From assembly GCA_965199855.1 (NCBI GenBank), contig OZ241326.1, forward strand, positions 1,760,001 through 1,824,000: 64,000 nt of DNA, given 5' to 3'. Shown here piece by piece: positions 9,753 through 20,038 of this stretch. The DNA is from a bacterium. Its GTDB lineage: Bacteria > UBA8248. A program made the translations under genes and the position numbers. The notes under the pieces were generated by a model. The model was not told where the DNA came from. It ran no database searches and saw only the letters and a list, made by a program, of their open reading frames with translations. Position 1 is the first letter of the stretch. Each line of letters begins with the position of its first letter.

Positions 9753-10427
9753 TTGCTTCTTTATCTTCTGCGGCACGGCGAGACGGACTGGAACGTCGAG
9801 CAGCGCATCCAGGGCGTCTCCGACACCGCGCTGAACGGCGTAGGCGTCGCCCAGGCGGAGGCGCTCGCCCGCGCGATGCGCGGACGCCCGATCGCGCGCG
9901 TCTATGCGAGTCCACTGAGCCGGGCGAGGCGCACCGCAGAAATCGTCGCCCGCGCCCTCGGCGTCCCCCTGGCGGAGGAGGCGGGCATCGCCGAGCTGAA
10001 TCAGGGCGAGCTCGAGGGGACGGCCTTTCAGCAGCTTCACGAGACGCATCCCGGCTTCATGGCGCTCTGGAGAAGCCGTCCCGCCCGCGCGCGGATGCCG
10101 GGCGGCGAGACCCTGGCGGAGCTTCAGGAGAGAGCCTGGGCGGCGATGGAGCGGTTTCTTGAGGCGCATCGCGGCGAGACGATCGCCGCGGTGAGCCACA
10201 ATCTGGCCATCATCTCGATTCTGTGCAGGGTTCTGGGGGTGGAGCTCGACGGGTTCAGGCGGCTGCGCCAGCACAACGCCGCCATGAACATCGTCGAGCA
10301 CGCGCCCGGGCGGGGCTGGAGCGTCGTGACGATGAACTCCCTCGCGCACCTGGAGGGCGCGCCCGTCTCGGAGCGCAACCCCTACCAAGCCTATCTGCGG
10401 GGAGGCGAGCGCGCGGCTCGGTCTTAG
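9753..10427 (+). CDS. Histidine phosphatase family protein
   Basis: LRHGET, SPLSRA, E.NQG, VSH motifs. Confidence 0.92.
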   Translation: MLLYLLRHGETDWNVEQRIQGVSDTALNGVGVAQAEALARAMRGRPIARVYASPLSRARRTAEIVARALGVPLAEEAGIAELNQGELEGTAFQQLHETHPGFMALWRSRPARARMPGGETLAELQERAWAAMERFLEAHRGETIAAVSHNLAIISILCRVLGVELDGFRRLRQHNAAMNIVEHAPGRGWSVVTMNSLAHLEGAPVSERNPYQAYLRGGERAARS

Positions 10428-10609
10428 TCCTTGCCTTCGGGGTCGGAGACGCTTCGGTAGTAGCCCTGGATGTCGTCCACGAGGTGATCCACCTCGCTCT
10501 TGCGCCTTTTCCGCTTCGACGCCGCGTAGCGATAAAAGAGATAAAAGGCGAGAAAGCCCAGCAAAAAGCCCAGAATCACGCCGTCGAAAAACGTTTGATG
10601 CTGGCTCAT
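10424..10609 (-). CDS. Small single-pass membrane protein
   Basis: Hydrophobic GVILGFLLGFLAFYLF followed by basic KRKRRK; GGAG upstream. Confidence 0.55.
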   Translation of the reverse strand: MSQHQTFFDGVILGFLLGFLAFYLFYRYAASKRKRRKSEVDHLVDDIQGYYRSVSDPEGKD

Positions 10610-10847
10610 TTCCGCGCTCCGGCCGGTGTCGATTGAGGCGACGCGCAGGGTATCCCCCGGAGCGTCGGCCTGTCAACGCGGCCCCGACGCGGGCGGGGCC
10701 AAGCCGGAGGGCGCGAGCCGGGACGCGCGCGGGCGGCGAATCCGCCGCCTTTCCGATTCGCGCCGCATTCCGTATAAGGCAATGACAGATTCAACGCGCG
10801 TCAAATATGTTGTCACCCCGTATAAAGTCCCCGCGGGAGCATGAAAT

Positions 10848-13028
10848 ATGGCCGCCAGAGAGCACAGAACCTATACGCTCAGGCGCGGCTCGCGCCCGCG
10901 CGCCCGCCTCGCGGCGTATGAGGAGAAGCTGAACCCCCGCCAGCTGGAGGTGGTGATGGCGGGCGAGGGCCCGATCCTCGTCATCGCGGGGGCGGGCAGC
11001 GGCAAGACGCACACCATCACCTACCGCCTGGCGCGCCTCGTCGAGGAGGGCGTGGCGCCCGAATCCATCCTCCTCGTCACCTTCACGAACAAGGCGGCGC
11101 GCGAGATGCTGCATCGCGCGGCGGCGCTCATCCAGACGGACGCGCGCCGCGTGTGGGGCGGCACCTTCCACCACGTGGGGAACCTGATCCTCAGGCGCTA
11201 CGGGGAACTCGTCGGCTACGGGCCGAACTTCACCATCTTGGATCGCGAGGACGCCGCCGACCTCGTGGCGGACTGCGTTCGCCTCGCGGGGTTCGACCCG
11301 AAGGAGAAGTATTTTCCCAGGGGCGGGGTTCTGGAGTCGATTTTCTCCCTGGCGGCGGATACCGACAAGGGCGTCTCCGAGGTGGTTCTGGGCCGCTATC
11401 CCTACCTGGCCGACCGCCTGGGCGAGATAGAGCAAATCGCCGCCCGCTACGAGGAGCGCAAAAAAGAGATTCAGGCGGTCGATTTCTCCGGACTGCTCAC
11501 CCTCACGCGGGATTTGCTCGCCGGCCACGAGGAGGCGCGGGGCGAGTTGCAGGCGCGCTTCCGCTACATTCTCGTGGACGAATACCAGGACACCAACAAG
11601 GTTCAGGCCGACGTGGTGGACTATCTGGCCGGAGGACGGAGGAACCTCACCGTCGTGGGGGACGACGCCCAGAGCATCTACAGCTTCCGGGGGGCGCGCT
11701 TCGAGAACATCATCGCCTTTCCCGATCGCTACCCCGACGCCCGACTCTTTCGCCTGGAGGAGAACTACAGGAGCACCGCCTCCATCCTCGCGCTGGCGAA
11801 CGCCTCCATCGCCCGCAACAGGCGCCAGTTCGAGAAGAGGCTCGAGGCCTCCCGCGGCGAGGGGATGAAGCCCGCCCTGGTGGCCGCGCGCGACGTGATG
11901 CAGCAGGCCGACTTCGTGGCGGATCGCGCCCTCGCCCTGCGCGACGAGGAGGGGACGCCGCTCTCCGAGATCGCCGTGCTCTACCGGGCGCATTTCCACT
12001 CCATGGAGCTTCAGATGGAGCTCACGCGCCGGGGAATTCCCTTCGAGATCAGAAGCGGGCTGCGCTTCTTCGAGCAGCGCCACATCAAGGACGTCACGGC
12101 GTTTCTGCGGCTGGTCGCCTCCCCGGCGGACGAACTGGCCTGGAAGCGCGCGCTGAAGCTGCTCCCCGGGGTGGGGGAGAAGACGGCGAACCGGGTGTGG
12201 GAGGCGGCGCGGACGCAGGCCGACCCCGTTTCTTTTCTGAACGCCGAGGCCGGGAGGCTCGTCTCCGGCCGCGCGCGCGGCGGCTTCGAGATGTTCGGAC
12301 GGCTCGTGTTCGAGCTGACCGGGGGCGGGGAGAGAGCGCTCCTCCCGCCGACGGAGATGATCAACCTCGTGCTGGATCGCTTCTACCAGGAATACGTCGA
12401 AAACGCCTTTGACGACGCCCCCGCCCGCGTGGAGGACGTGCGCCAGCTCGCGGAATTCGCCATGCAATACGAGGAGGCGACGGCGTTTCTCTCCGAGCTC
12501 GCGCTCATGGGAACGGCCGCCAGCGCGTCGCCCGCCGCGCCGGAGGACGCGGAGGGCCTCGATGAGGCCATCGTCCTGAGCTCGGTTCACCAGGCGAAGG
12601 GCCTGGAGTGGAAGGCCGTGTTCCTGATATGGCTCACCGACACACGCTTTCCCGCCACGAGGGCGCTGGCCGACCCCGAGGGAGAGGAGGAGGAGAGGCG
12701 GCTGTTCTACGTCGCTCTCACGCGGGCGAAGGATGAGCTCTACCTGTGCCAGCCCATGCTCGAGAGCGAGGGCTGGAAGATGGGGGCGTTCTCCCGGCTT
12801 TCGAGGTTCGTGGAGGAGCTGCCCGAAGAATTGTATGAACGCTGGCTGCTGGAGGAGGAGCCGGCCGAACCCGTGGAAGGCGGGGAGGATTTCGGGGGCG
12901 CTCCCCGCCTCGCGGACGCGGACGAGCCCCGGTGGATGGACGGCCCGCCGGATTCCGCCCGCGTCTCAGAACCCGCCGACCCCGACGATCCGGGCGGCCT
13001 GCGCTACGAGTATGACGGGGAGGGTTGA
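10848..13028 (+). CDS. UvrD/PcrA-family ATP-dependent DNA helicase
   Basis: AGAGSGKT, TFTNKAA, VDEYQD, GDDAQSIYSFRG, NYRS, HQAKGLEW, EERRLFYVALTRAK. Confidence 0.95.
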   Translation: MAAREHRTYTLRRGSRPRARLAAYEEKLNPRQLEVVMAGEGPILVIAGAGSGKTHTITYRLARLVEEGVAPESILLVTFTNKAAREMLHRAAALIQTDARRVWGGTFHHVGNLILRRYGELVGYGPNFTILDREDAADLVADCVRLAGFDPKEKYFPRGGVLESIFSLAADTDKGVSEVVLGRYPYLADRLGEIEQIAARYEERKKEIQAVDFSGLLTLTRDLLAGHEEARGELQARFRYILVDEYQDTNKVQADVVDYLAGGRRNLTVVGDDAQSIYSFRGARFENIIAFPDRYPDARLFRLEENYRSTASILALANASIARNRRQFEKRLEASRGEGMKPALVAARDVMQQADFVADRALALRDEEGTPLSEIAVLYRAHFHSMELQMELTRRGIPFEIRSGLRFFEQRHIKDVTAFLRLVASPADELAWKRALKLLPGVGEKTANRVWEAARTQADPVSFLNAEAGRLVSGRARGGFEMFGRLVFELTGGGERALLPPTEMINLVLDRFYQEYVENAFDDAPARVEDVRQLAEFAMQYEEATAFLSELALMGTAASASPAAPEDAEGLDEAIVLSSVHQAKGLEWKAVFLIWLTDTRFPATRALADPEGEEEERRLFYVALTRAKDELYLCQPMLESEGWKMGAFSRLSRFVEELPEELYERWLLEEEPAEPVEGGEDFGGAPRLADADEPRWMDGPPDSARVSEPADPDDPGGLRYEYDGEG

Positions 13029-13237
13029 GCGGTTGTCCGCGGGCGCCGCTTCGCGCTATGGTATTGTTTCACGCGGAAAAAGCGCGCCCGGCGCCGCGCC
13101 GGGAGATTGTCACCCGGACGGCCTTGGTCTATCGACCGCGTGAAGCAGCGGCGATTCGCGTCCGGCGGGTAGGAATGTCTCCGGGAATTTTCACCCGGTC
13201 GCCCCGGCGGCCGGCTTCGCGGGAAGGGGTGAGGTTC

Positions 13238-14032
13238 ATGTCCGAGCAGGTGGAATACGCGCCGGGGAGCTTCAGCTGGGCGGATCTGGCGGCGCGGGAG
13301 CCGGGCGTCGCCCGCGATTTCTATCTTCCCCTGTTCGGCTGGACGCTCGAGGAAATTCCGATGACGGGGGAGCAGACCTATACGATATTCTCGAAGGACG
13401 GGAAGCGGGTCTGCGCCATGTTCGAGATGTTTCCCGGAATGCTCGAGGGCGGCCATCCCTCCTACTGGCAAAGCTACGTGTCGGTGGAGAGCGCGGACGC
13501 GGCCGTGAAGAAAGCGGCGGACGCGGGCGCCCGCGTGATGAAGGAGCCGTGCGGCGTGAAGGACGCGGGCCGCATGGCGATGATTCAGGACCCGGCGGAG
13601 GCCTTTCTGTGCCTCTGGCAGCCCGGGACGCACAGGGGCGCGCAGATGACGGGCAGGCCGGGCGCGCTCTGCTGGAACGAGCTGCTCGCGAAGGACGCGG
13701 AGCGCGCCGCCTCTTTCTACGGCGCGCTGTTCGGCTGGACGACAAGCGTGGAGCAAAACCCCGCCGGCGGGGAATACGTGATTTTTCACAACGGCGATCA
13801 GCCCTGCGCGGGAATGCTCGAAATGCGGCCGGAGATGGGCGAAGCGCCGCCGCACTGGGGCGTGTATTTCGCGGTGGAGGGCTGCGACGCCGCCCTGGAG
13901 GAAGCGGGCCGCCTGGGCGGGCGGGGGACGTTTCCGCCCATGGACGTTCCGGGGGTGGGAAGAATCGGGGGCGTCATGGACCCGCAGGGGGCGAGCTTCA
14001 CCGTGATGGAGCAGTGGAGCGCGTCCGCCTGA
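13238..14032 (+). CDS. VOC/glyoxalase family protein (two domains)
   Basis: PGSFSW.DL, FY..LFGW repeated twice, DPQGA. Confidence 0.9.
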   Translation: MSEQVEYAPGSFSWADLAAREPGVARDFYLPLFGWTLEEIPMTGEQTYTIFSKDGKRVCAMFEMFPGMLEGGHPSYWQSYVSVESADAAVKKAADAGARVMKEPCGVKDAGRMAMIQDPAEAFLCLWQPGTHRGAQMTGRPGALCWNELLAKDAERAASFYGALFGWTTSVEQNPAGGEYVIFHNGDQPCAGMLEMRPEMGEAPPHWGVYFAVEGCDAALEEAGRLGGRGTFPPMDVPGVGRIGGVMDPQGASFTVMEQWSASA

Positions 14033-14168
14033 TTTTTCGCGCGTCCGTCCGTTCGCCGCGCGCGGATGCGGCCATGGATTGGAATCGCCCGGCGCATCAT
14101 CGCCGCCTGCCGCGTTGACGGGCGCGAGCCGAAGGCGCGCGCGGCTGGAATCATTCAGAGGACAAGCA

Positions 14169-14819
14169 ATGCCTGCCAGGTATAAGACCATCGACCCCGC
14201 CGGGAACCACTGGCGGCAGAACTATCGCCTGCTCGTCGGCTCCGTCGTGCCGCGGCCCATCGCCTGGGTGAGCACCATCAGCGCGGACGGCTACGCGAAC
14301 CTGGCGCCCTTCAGCTTCTTCACCTGCGTGGGCCACGACCCGCCGCTGCTCTCCATATCGGTGGGCGTCCGCGAGGGAGCCAGCAAGGACACGGCGCGAA
14401 ACATCATGGAGACGCGGGGCTACGTCATCCACGCGGTGGTGGACGGCCTGGAGGAGCAGATGAACGTCTGCGCGGACGACTACGCCTTCGAGGTGAGCGA
14501 GTTCGAGGAGGCGGGCCTCACGCCGATCCCCTCCGATTTGGTGAAGGCGCCGCGCGTCGCCGAGGCGCCCGTGGCGATGGAATGCGCGTTCCGCCATCTC
14601 CTCACGACCGGGCGCGAGCATTTGACGAACGTCATCATCGGCGAGGTGGTGCGCTGGCACGTGCGCGAGGACGTGACGATAGAGGACGGAAAATACATCG
14701 ACCCCGTTCTGCTCAGGCCCGTGGGCCGGCTCGCGGGGAACGGCTATTGCCGCTCGCATGACGTGTTCGAGATGCAGCGCCCCGACCGGAAGGCGGGGCA
14801 GGCGAGCCCGAGAGGCTGA
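14169..14819 (+). CDS. Flavin reductase family protein
   Basis: VVPRPIAWVST, NLAPFSFF, KDT.RNI, GRLAG..Y. Confidence 0.92.
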   Translation: MPARYKTIDPAGNHWRQNYRLLVGSVVPRPIAWVSTISADGYANLAPFSFFTCVGHDPPLLSISVGVREGASKDTARNIMETRGYVIHAVVDGLEEQMNVCADDYAFEVSEFEEAGLTPIPSDLVKAPRVAEAPVAMECAFRHLLTTGREHLTNVIIGEVVRWHVREDVTIEDGKYIDPVLLRPVGRLAGNGYCRSHDVFEMQRPDRKAGQASPRG

Positions 14820-14847
14820 CGCCGCCTTTCGGAGAAGGGAGGAGGAG

Positions 14848-15918
14848 ATGAGCGACATTCCGGGGAAGATGAAGGCCGCCGTCACCCACGGGGAGGGAGA
14901 GGTCCGCGTCGAGCAGGTCGCCGTGCCCGGCTACGAACCCGACCTCGTGCTCGTGAAGGTCGCCGCCTGCGGCATTTGCGGCACCGACGTTCACATCTAC
15001 GAGGGGCATATGCGCCCGATGTGGCCGCCCTACTATCCCTTCATCCAGGGGCACGAGTGGGCGGGGGAGGTGGCGGCCGTCGGAAGCCGGGCGCGAACCG
15101 ATCTCAAGCGCGGGGATCGCGTCATCATGGAGCCGACGGTGGGTTGCGGGGCGTGCGCGACCTGCGTCCGGGGTGCCTACCACATCTGCGAGAACGCCGC
15201 GAAGCCCGACGGAGGCTACCGGCTTCTGGGCCACACGGCGGACGGCGCGTTCAGCGAATACGGCGTCGCCCCGCCCAACAACCTCCACAAGATGCCCGAC
15301 TCGATGGGCTGGGAGGAGGCGGTGATCGCGAACCAGGTGGTCATCGCCCTGCACGCCCTGGAGCGCGCGGGGGTGGAGCCGGCGGACACCGTGGCGATTC
15401 TGGGCCCCGGCCTGCTGGGCCTCTCGGTGCTCCAGCTCGTCAGGATGATGGGCGCGTCCAAAATTTTCATTACGGGGCGCGGCTATCGCCTGGGGATCGC
15501 GGAGGAGCTGGGCGCGGACCGCGTCATCGACGTCACGAAGGAGGATCCGGTCGATGTCGTCACGCGCGAGACGGACGGCCGCGGCGTTGACCTGGTGGTC
15601 GAGTGCGCGGGCCCGCCCGAGGTGATGCGCCAGGCGGTGGCGATGGCGCGGCGCGGCGGGCGCGTGGTGCTCGAGGGGCTGAACGGCGGCCAGGAGACGC
15701 CGCTCAACACCGACCGCATCGTGCTGGATGAAATCTCCATCTTCGGCGGGCGCGGCTCGCCCAACTGCTACCCGAGGGCGATCCAAATCATCGCCGACGG
15801 GCGCATCGCCACCGAAAAGATGCTCACGCACGCCTTCGCGCTTGACGACTTCGCCGAGGCGATGCGGATGTTCAAGGCGCGCGAGGACGGCGTGATGCGG
15901 GTGATGATTACGCCGTAG
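14848..15918 (+). CDS. Zinc-binding alcohol dehydrogenase family protein
   Basis: CGICGTD, GHE, CGACATC..G...C, GPGLLG. Confidence 0.92.
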   Translation: MSDIPGKMKAAVTHGEGEVRVEQVAVPGYEPDLVLVKVAACGICGTDVHIYEGHMRPMWPPYYPFIQGHEWAGEVAAVGSRARTDLKRGDRVIMEPTVGCGACATCVRGAYHICENAAKPDGGYRLLGHTADGAFSEYGVAPPNNLHKMPDSMGWEEAVIANQVVIALHALERAGVEPADTVAILGPGLLGLSVLQLVRMMGASKIFITGRGYRLGIAEELGADRVIDVTKEDPVDVVTRETDGRGVDLVVECAGPPEVMRQAVAMARRGGRVVLEGLNGGQETPLNTDRIVLDEISIFGGRGSPNCYPRAIQIIADGRIATEKMLTHAFALDDFAEAMRMFKAREDGVMRVMITP

Positions 15919-15955
15919 CCGGACGCCGGCGCGCGAGGCGTGAGAGGGGGCCGCG

Positions 15956-17005
15956 ATGCCGACGAAGCTTCTGCCCACCACCGTGGTGGGAAGCTACGCC
16001 CAGCCCGACTGGCTCATCGACCGCGAGAGCCTGGGCAGCCGTCTTCCGCCGCGCGTGCGCGCGCGGGAGATATGGCGCGTGGCGCCGGAGTTTCTCGAAC
16101 AGGCCCAGGACGACGCCACCCTCCTCGCGGTTCGGGACATGGAGCGCGCCGGAATCGACATCATCTCGGACGGCGAGGCGCGCCGCGAGAGCTACTCGAA
16201 CCGCGTGGCCACGGCCCTGGGCGGCATCGACGCGGAGCGGCACGGCTTCGCCAAGGATCGCTCGGGCAGGGACAATCCCGTTCCCCGCGTGGTCGGCCGA
16301 ATCCACCGCAAGGCGCCCATCGAGACGCGCGACGCGGCGTTTCTGCGCGCCAACACCGAGCGCGAGATCAAGATCACCCTGCCGGGCCCCTTCACCATGA
16401 CCCAGCAGGCGCAGGACGACTTCTACGGCGGCGACGAGCGCGCCATGGCGCTCGACTACGCCCGCGCGGTGAATGAGGAGGTCAAGGATCTCTTCGCCGC
16501 CGGCGCCGACGTCGTGCAGATTGACGAGCCCTACATGCAGGCGCGCGCCGAGAAGGCGAGGGAGTTCGCCGTCGAGGTGATCGAGGAGGCGCTGGCCGGC
16601 GTCTCCGGAGCCACCGCTCTCCACATGTGCTTCGGCTACGCGGCCATCCACGCCTGGCAGGGCCTGGGCAAGCCCGACGCCTACTCCTTCCTGCCGGAGC
16701 TGAACGAGAGCGCGGTCGATCAAATATCCATCGAGGCGGCGCAGCCCCGCATCGACCTCGCCATTCTGGAGAAGCTGCCGGCGAAGACCATCATCCTGGG
16801 CGTCATCGACAACGGCGACCCGCAGGTCGAATCGCCCGAGACGGTCGCCGCGCGCGTCCGCGCCGCCCTCGCCCACGCGCCGCCCGAGCGGCTCGTCCTC
16901 GCCCCCGACTGCGGTATGAAATACATGGCGCGCGAGACCGCCTTCGGCAAGCTCAAATCCCTCGCCGAGGGCGCGGCCATCGTCCGCCGGGAGCTCGAGG
17001 GGTAG
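15956..17005 (+). CDS. Cobalamin-independent methionine synthase II family protein (MetE C-terminal-only)
   Basis: TTVVGSY, SDGE.RRESY, QIDEP, Zn ligands HMC and PDCG. Confidence 0.9.
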   Translation: MPTKLLPTTVVGSYAQPDWLIDRESLGSRLPPRVRAREIWRVAPEFLEQAQDDATLLAVRDMERAGIDIISDGEARRESYSNRVATALGGIDAERHGFAKDRSGRDNPVPRVVGRIHRKAPIETRDAAFLRANTEREIKITLPGPFTMTQQAQDDFYGGDERAMALDYARAVNEEVKDLFAAGADVVQIDEPYMQARAEKAREFAVEVIEEALAGVSGATALHMCFGYAAIHAWQGLGKPDAYSFLPELNESAVDQISIEAAQPRIDLAILEKLPAKTIILGVIDNGDPQVESPETVAARVRAALAHAPPERLVLAPDCGMKYMARETAFGKLKSLAEGAAIVRRELEG

Positions 17006-17017
17006 GGGCGAGGCTGA

Positions 17018-17135
17018 TCAGCCCCCTTTCTTCTCGCCGAACACGGCCTCGCGCAAGGCGTCGTTCAGGCGGGTCCGCCATCCCTTGCCGCTCTGCTTGA
17101 AGTGGGCTGTCACGTCCGCGTCGAGGCGAAAGCCA
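17018..17135 (-). pseudogene. Remnant of BrnA-family antitoxin (C-terminal part only)
   Basis: Translates as FRLDADVTAHFKQSGKGWRTRLNDALREAVFGEKKGG*, matching the RLD.DV..F...G.GW.TR.N.ALR pattern; no convincing start or toxin gene upstream. Confidence 0.7.
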
Positions 17136-17315
17136 GGACCGCGGAATCCGCCCGCCAGGACGCCTGAATGACCGAGGGCGCGAAAGCGAAAGCCCGCGCG
17201 AAGCCCCGGCGGCCGCGCCCTGACGGAACGCGCCTCCCCCTTGCCTCCGCCGGGCGGGGTGGGCTATAAAATTGACACTTCCCGCCTTTGTCGTCTCCGC
17301 CCGCGAGGAAGCCGG

Positions 17316-18227
17316 ATGACCCGCGCCGCTCCGCGCATCGAGGAAGCCTCCCGGCCCGCGCAGGCGCCGCTCCCGCCGCCGGGGGAGGAGGAAGCCTGCC
17401 GCGCGCCCGTCCTCGCCTGCGAGGACAACCTCTCCTTCATGCGGAAAATTCCCGACGGGCGAATGAAGCTCGTCGTCACCTCGCCCCCCTACAATCTGGG
17501 CAAGGAATACGAAGCGAGAACCCCGCTAAATGCTTACGTCGAGGCGCAGGCGCGCGTGATACGCGAGTGCGCGCGGCTCCTGCACCCGCGAGGCTCCCTC
17601 TGCTGGCAGGTGGGCAACCATGTGCGGAACGGAGAAATCGTCCCGCTCGACGCCGTTCTCTATCCCGTATTCCGCGACCTGGGGCTCAAGCTCCGCAACC
17701 GCATCGTCTGGCTCTTCGGCCACGGACTGCACTGCGTCAAGCGGCTCTCGGGCCGATACGAGACCATCAACTGGTGGACGAAGGGCGACGACTACACCTG
17801 GAACCTCGACCCCATCCGCGTTCCGGCCAAATATCCCGGCAAGAAGCATTTCAAGGGGCCGAAGGCGGGGCAGCTGTCGGGCAATCCCAAGGGGAAGAAC
17901 CCGACCGACGTGTGGGAGTTTCCGAACGTGAAGAGCAACCACCCCGAGAAGACGATCCACCCCTGCCAGTTTCCCGTCGAGCTCGCCGAGCGCCTCGTTC
18001 TCTCCATGACGGACCCGGGCGACGCGGTGTTCGACCCCTACATGGGCGTCGGCTCCGCCGTCGTCGCCGCCCTCATGCGCGGACGCGCGGCCTACGGATG
18101 CGACGTCGTTCCCGAATATGTGGAGATCGCCCGAGACCGGGTGCGCCGCCTTCGCGCGGGAACCCTCAGGACCCGTCCGATGGGAAAGCCCATCTACGAT
18201 CCCGCCAGGCCGAACGGCGGGCATTGA
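17316..18227 (+). CDS. Type II DNA methyltransferase, beta class, probably N4-cytosine
   Basis: TSPPY motif IV, HPCQFP, DPYMGVGS motif I; overlaps the REase start (TGATG). Confidence 0.92.
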   Translation: MTRAAPRIEEASRPAQAPLPPPGEEEACRAPVLACEDNLSFMRKIPDGRMKLVVTSPPYNLGKEYEARTPLNAYVEAQARVIRECARLLHPRGSLCWQVGNHVRNGEIVPLDAVLYPVFRDLGLKLRNRIVWLFGHGLHCVKRLSGRYETINWWTKGDDYTWNLDPIRVPAKYPGKKHFKGPKAGQLSGNPKGKNPTDVWEFPNVKSNHPEKTIHPCQFPVELAERLVLSMTDPGDAVFDPYMGVGSAVVAALMRGRAAYGCDVVPEYVEIARDRVRRLRAGTLRTRPMGKPIYDPARPNGGH

Positions 18228-18838
18228 TGCGCATCGAGGCCCGCTATTCCCATCTGAACGGAGAGGAATACCTGCTCGTCCACCGCAGGCGGCTGTGGGA
18301 GGAGGTGCGGGAGGTCATCGCCGAAGTGGACGCGATGGCCTGCCGAACAAAGGTTTCCCGGGAGAGAACCATGCGCGGGAAGGCGCTGTTTTCTCCCGTT
18401 GACATGAATCGGGCCTTCAAGGACGGCCTCAAGGCGCGCGGCTGGAGCGAGCGCAGAAGCGCTTTCTGGGTCACGGCGGATGAAAAGCTCATGCGCGGCA
18501 TCTACGGACTGCCGGAAATCGAGCAGAAGCGCGCCATCGAGCGGGCGGGCCACGAGCCCATCATGTCCTACAACCAGACGGATTTTGTGAAGGAGCGCGT
18601 CGCGGTGGAGGTTCAGTTCGGCAAATACGCCTTCGTCGCGCATGACCTGTTCGTCAAGCATCTCAGCTTCTTCGTTTCCGACGTCATCGACGTAGGAATC
18701 GAAATACTCCCCATGAAGGAACTGGAGCGGGAGATGTCCTCCGGCGTTCCCTACTATGAGCGTGACTTGCTGAACGTCCTGCGGCAGGGCCGCGGCGTTC
18801 CCGCGGTTCCCCTGGTGCTCGTGGGCGTCGCGCCGTGA
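18227..18838 (+). CDS. BglII/BstYI-family Type II restriction endonuclease
   Basis: YSHLNG.EY, YNQTDFVKERVAVEVQFGKY, VIDVGIEILPMKEL, RQGRGVPAVPLVL closely recall BstYI. Confidence 0.9.
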   Translation: MRIEARYSHLNGEEYLLVHRRRLWEEVREVIAEVDAMACRTKVSRERTMRGKALFSPVDMNRAFKDGLKARGWSERRSAFWVTADEKLMRGIYGLPEIEQKRAIERAGHEPIMSYNQTDFVKERVAVEVQFGKYAFVAHDLFVKHLSFFVSDVIDVGIEILPMKELEREMSSGVPYYERDLLNVLRQGRGVPAVPLVLVGVAP

Positions 18839-18915
18839 GGGGGAGTCGAATAGGGGACGGCTTCTATTAAATTTTTCTTTTTTCCATTTCCTGCCGTCCG
18901 TTGGAGTATTAGCCG

Positions 18916-19986
18916 ATGAAACGCGAAGCTAAACTTCTCCAAGAGAAAGCCCTTAATTCTTTATTGCTGGCTATTGAACATTTCAATCGTCCGATAGACA
19001 GGGGGCGCGATGATACGGTTCTAATTTTTCTTAATCATGGCTTTGAAATGTTGCTGAAAGCGGGAATTGTTCATAAAGGAGGCCGAATACAAAAACGAGG
19101 GGCCACGGACCAGACGCTTGGGTTTGACGCATGTGTTCGTAAGGCGTTGAGCGATGGAGATATAAAATTTTTGACTGAAGAACAGGCTCTTACTTTACAA
19201 ACAATCAACGGGTTGCGTGACGCAGCGCAACATTACTTCCTGACCATTCCGGAGCAACAGTTGTATCTCCATACGCAATCTGGAGTAACTCTTTTTGGAG
19301 ACTTGTTGAATTTGGTTTTCGGACAAAAGTTGTCTGAAAAACTGCCAGAAAGGGTTTTGCCAGTTTCTACTCGTCCTCCGAAGGAACTCTCAATTTTAGT
19401 TGAAGACGAAATCAAAATCATCAAGGAGTTAACCAACCCAAAGCGTCGAAAGAAGATTAACGCCAGGAATCGGTTAAGGGGCCTCGCCATCATGGAAGCT
19501 ACTGTTCAGGGTGCAAGAATTCAGCCGAGTGACGGTTATTTGAACAAAATCATAAATCGAATTAACGATGGGGAGCCTGCACAGTCTATTTTCCCTGGAA
19601 TTTTCTCACTGACGCTATCCATTGAAGGGGAAGGAGTGCCGGTCCACATTAGAGTCTCGAAGAATGAAGGGGTTCCTGTTCAGATTGTCCCAGAGGGGAC
19701 GCCTGATGCCTCAGTTGTTGCGATTCGGAGGGTCAATGAACTTGATTTTTATTCAATGGGATTACAACAGCTTGCACCAAAAGTTAAATTGACTGGCCCA
19801 AAAACTTTGGCAGTCATTTGGAAACTAAAACTTCAGGACGACGAAAAATGTTTTAAGGAAATTCGTATCGGCAAACAAAGACATAAAAGGTATAGCCAAA
19901 ATGCGCTGCAAAAGATTCTCGAAAAACTTCCGGGTTTGAACATGGAGGATGTTTGGGAATCGTATAAAAGTAGACCTAAACGTTAA
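18916..19986 (+). CDS. DUF3644-like protein, low GC
   Basis: LLQEKA..SLLLAIE.FNRP...L....E.LLKA and LRDAAQH (R-x4-H) motif; clearly more AT-rich than its neighbours. Confidence 0.7.
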   Translation: MKREAKLLQEKALNSLLLAIEHFNRPIDRGRDDTVLIFLNHGFEMLLKAGIVHKGGRIQKRGATDQTLGFDACVRKALSDGDIKFLTEEQALTLQTINGLRDAAQHYFLTIPEQQLYLHTQSGVTLFGDLLNLVFGQKLSEKLPERVLPVSTRPPKELSILVEDEIKIIKELTNPKRRKKINARNRLRGLAIMEATVQGARIQPSDGYLNKIINRINDGEPAQSIFPGIFSLTLSIEGEGVPVHIRVSKNEGVPVQIVPEGTPDASVVAIRRVNELDFYSMGLQQLAPKVKLTGPKTLAVIWKLKLQDDEKCFKEIRIGKQRHKRYSQNALQKILEKLPGLNMEDVWESYKSRPKR

Positions 19987-20038
19987 AAGAAATCCTGGCT
20001 TTGATTGGGCATTCCCTTCTGCACAGGTTTGACGCCAG

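Noticed and set aside
17288-18226. N-terminal extension making a 516-aa restriction enzyme
   Set aside because: Overlaps the MTase in another frame; the REase starts at ATG 18227 (TGATG coupling)
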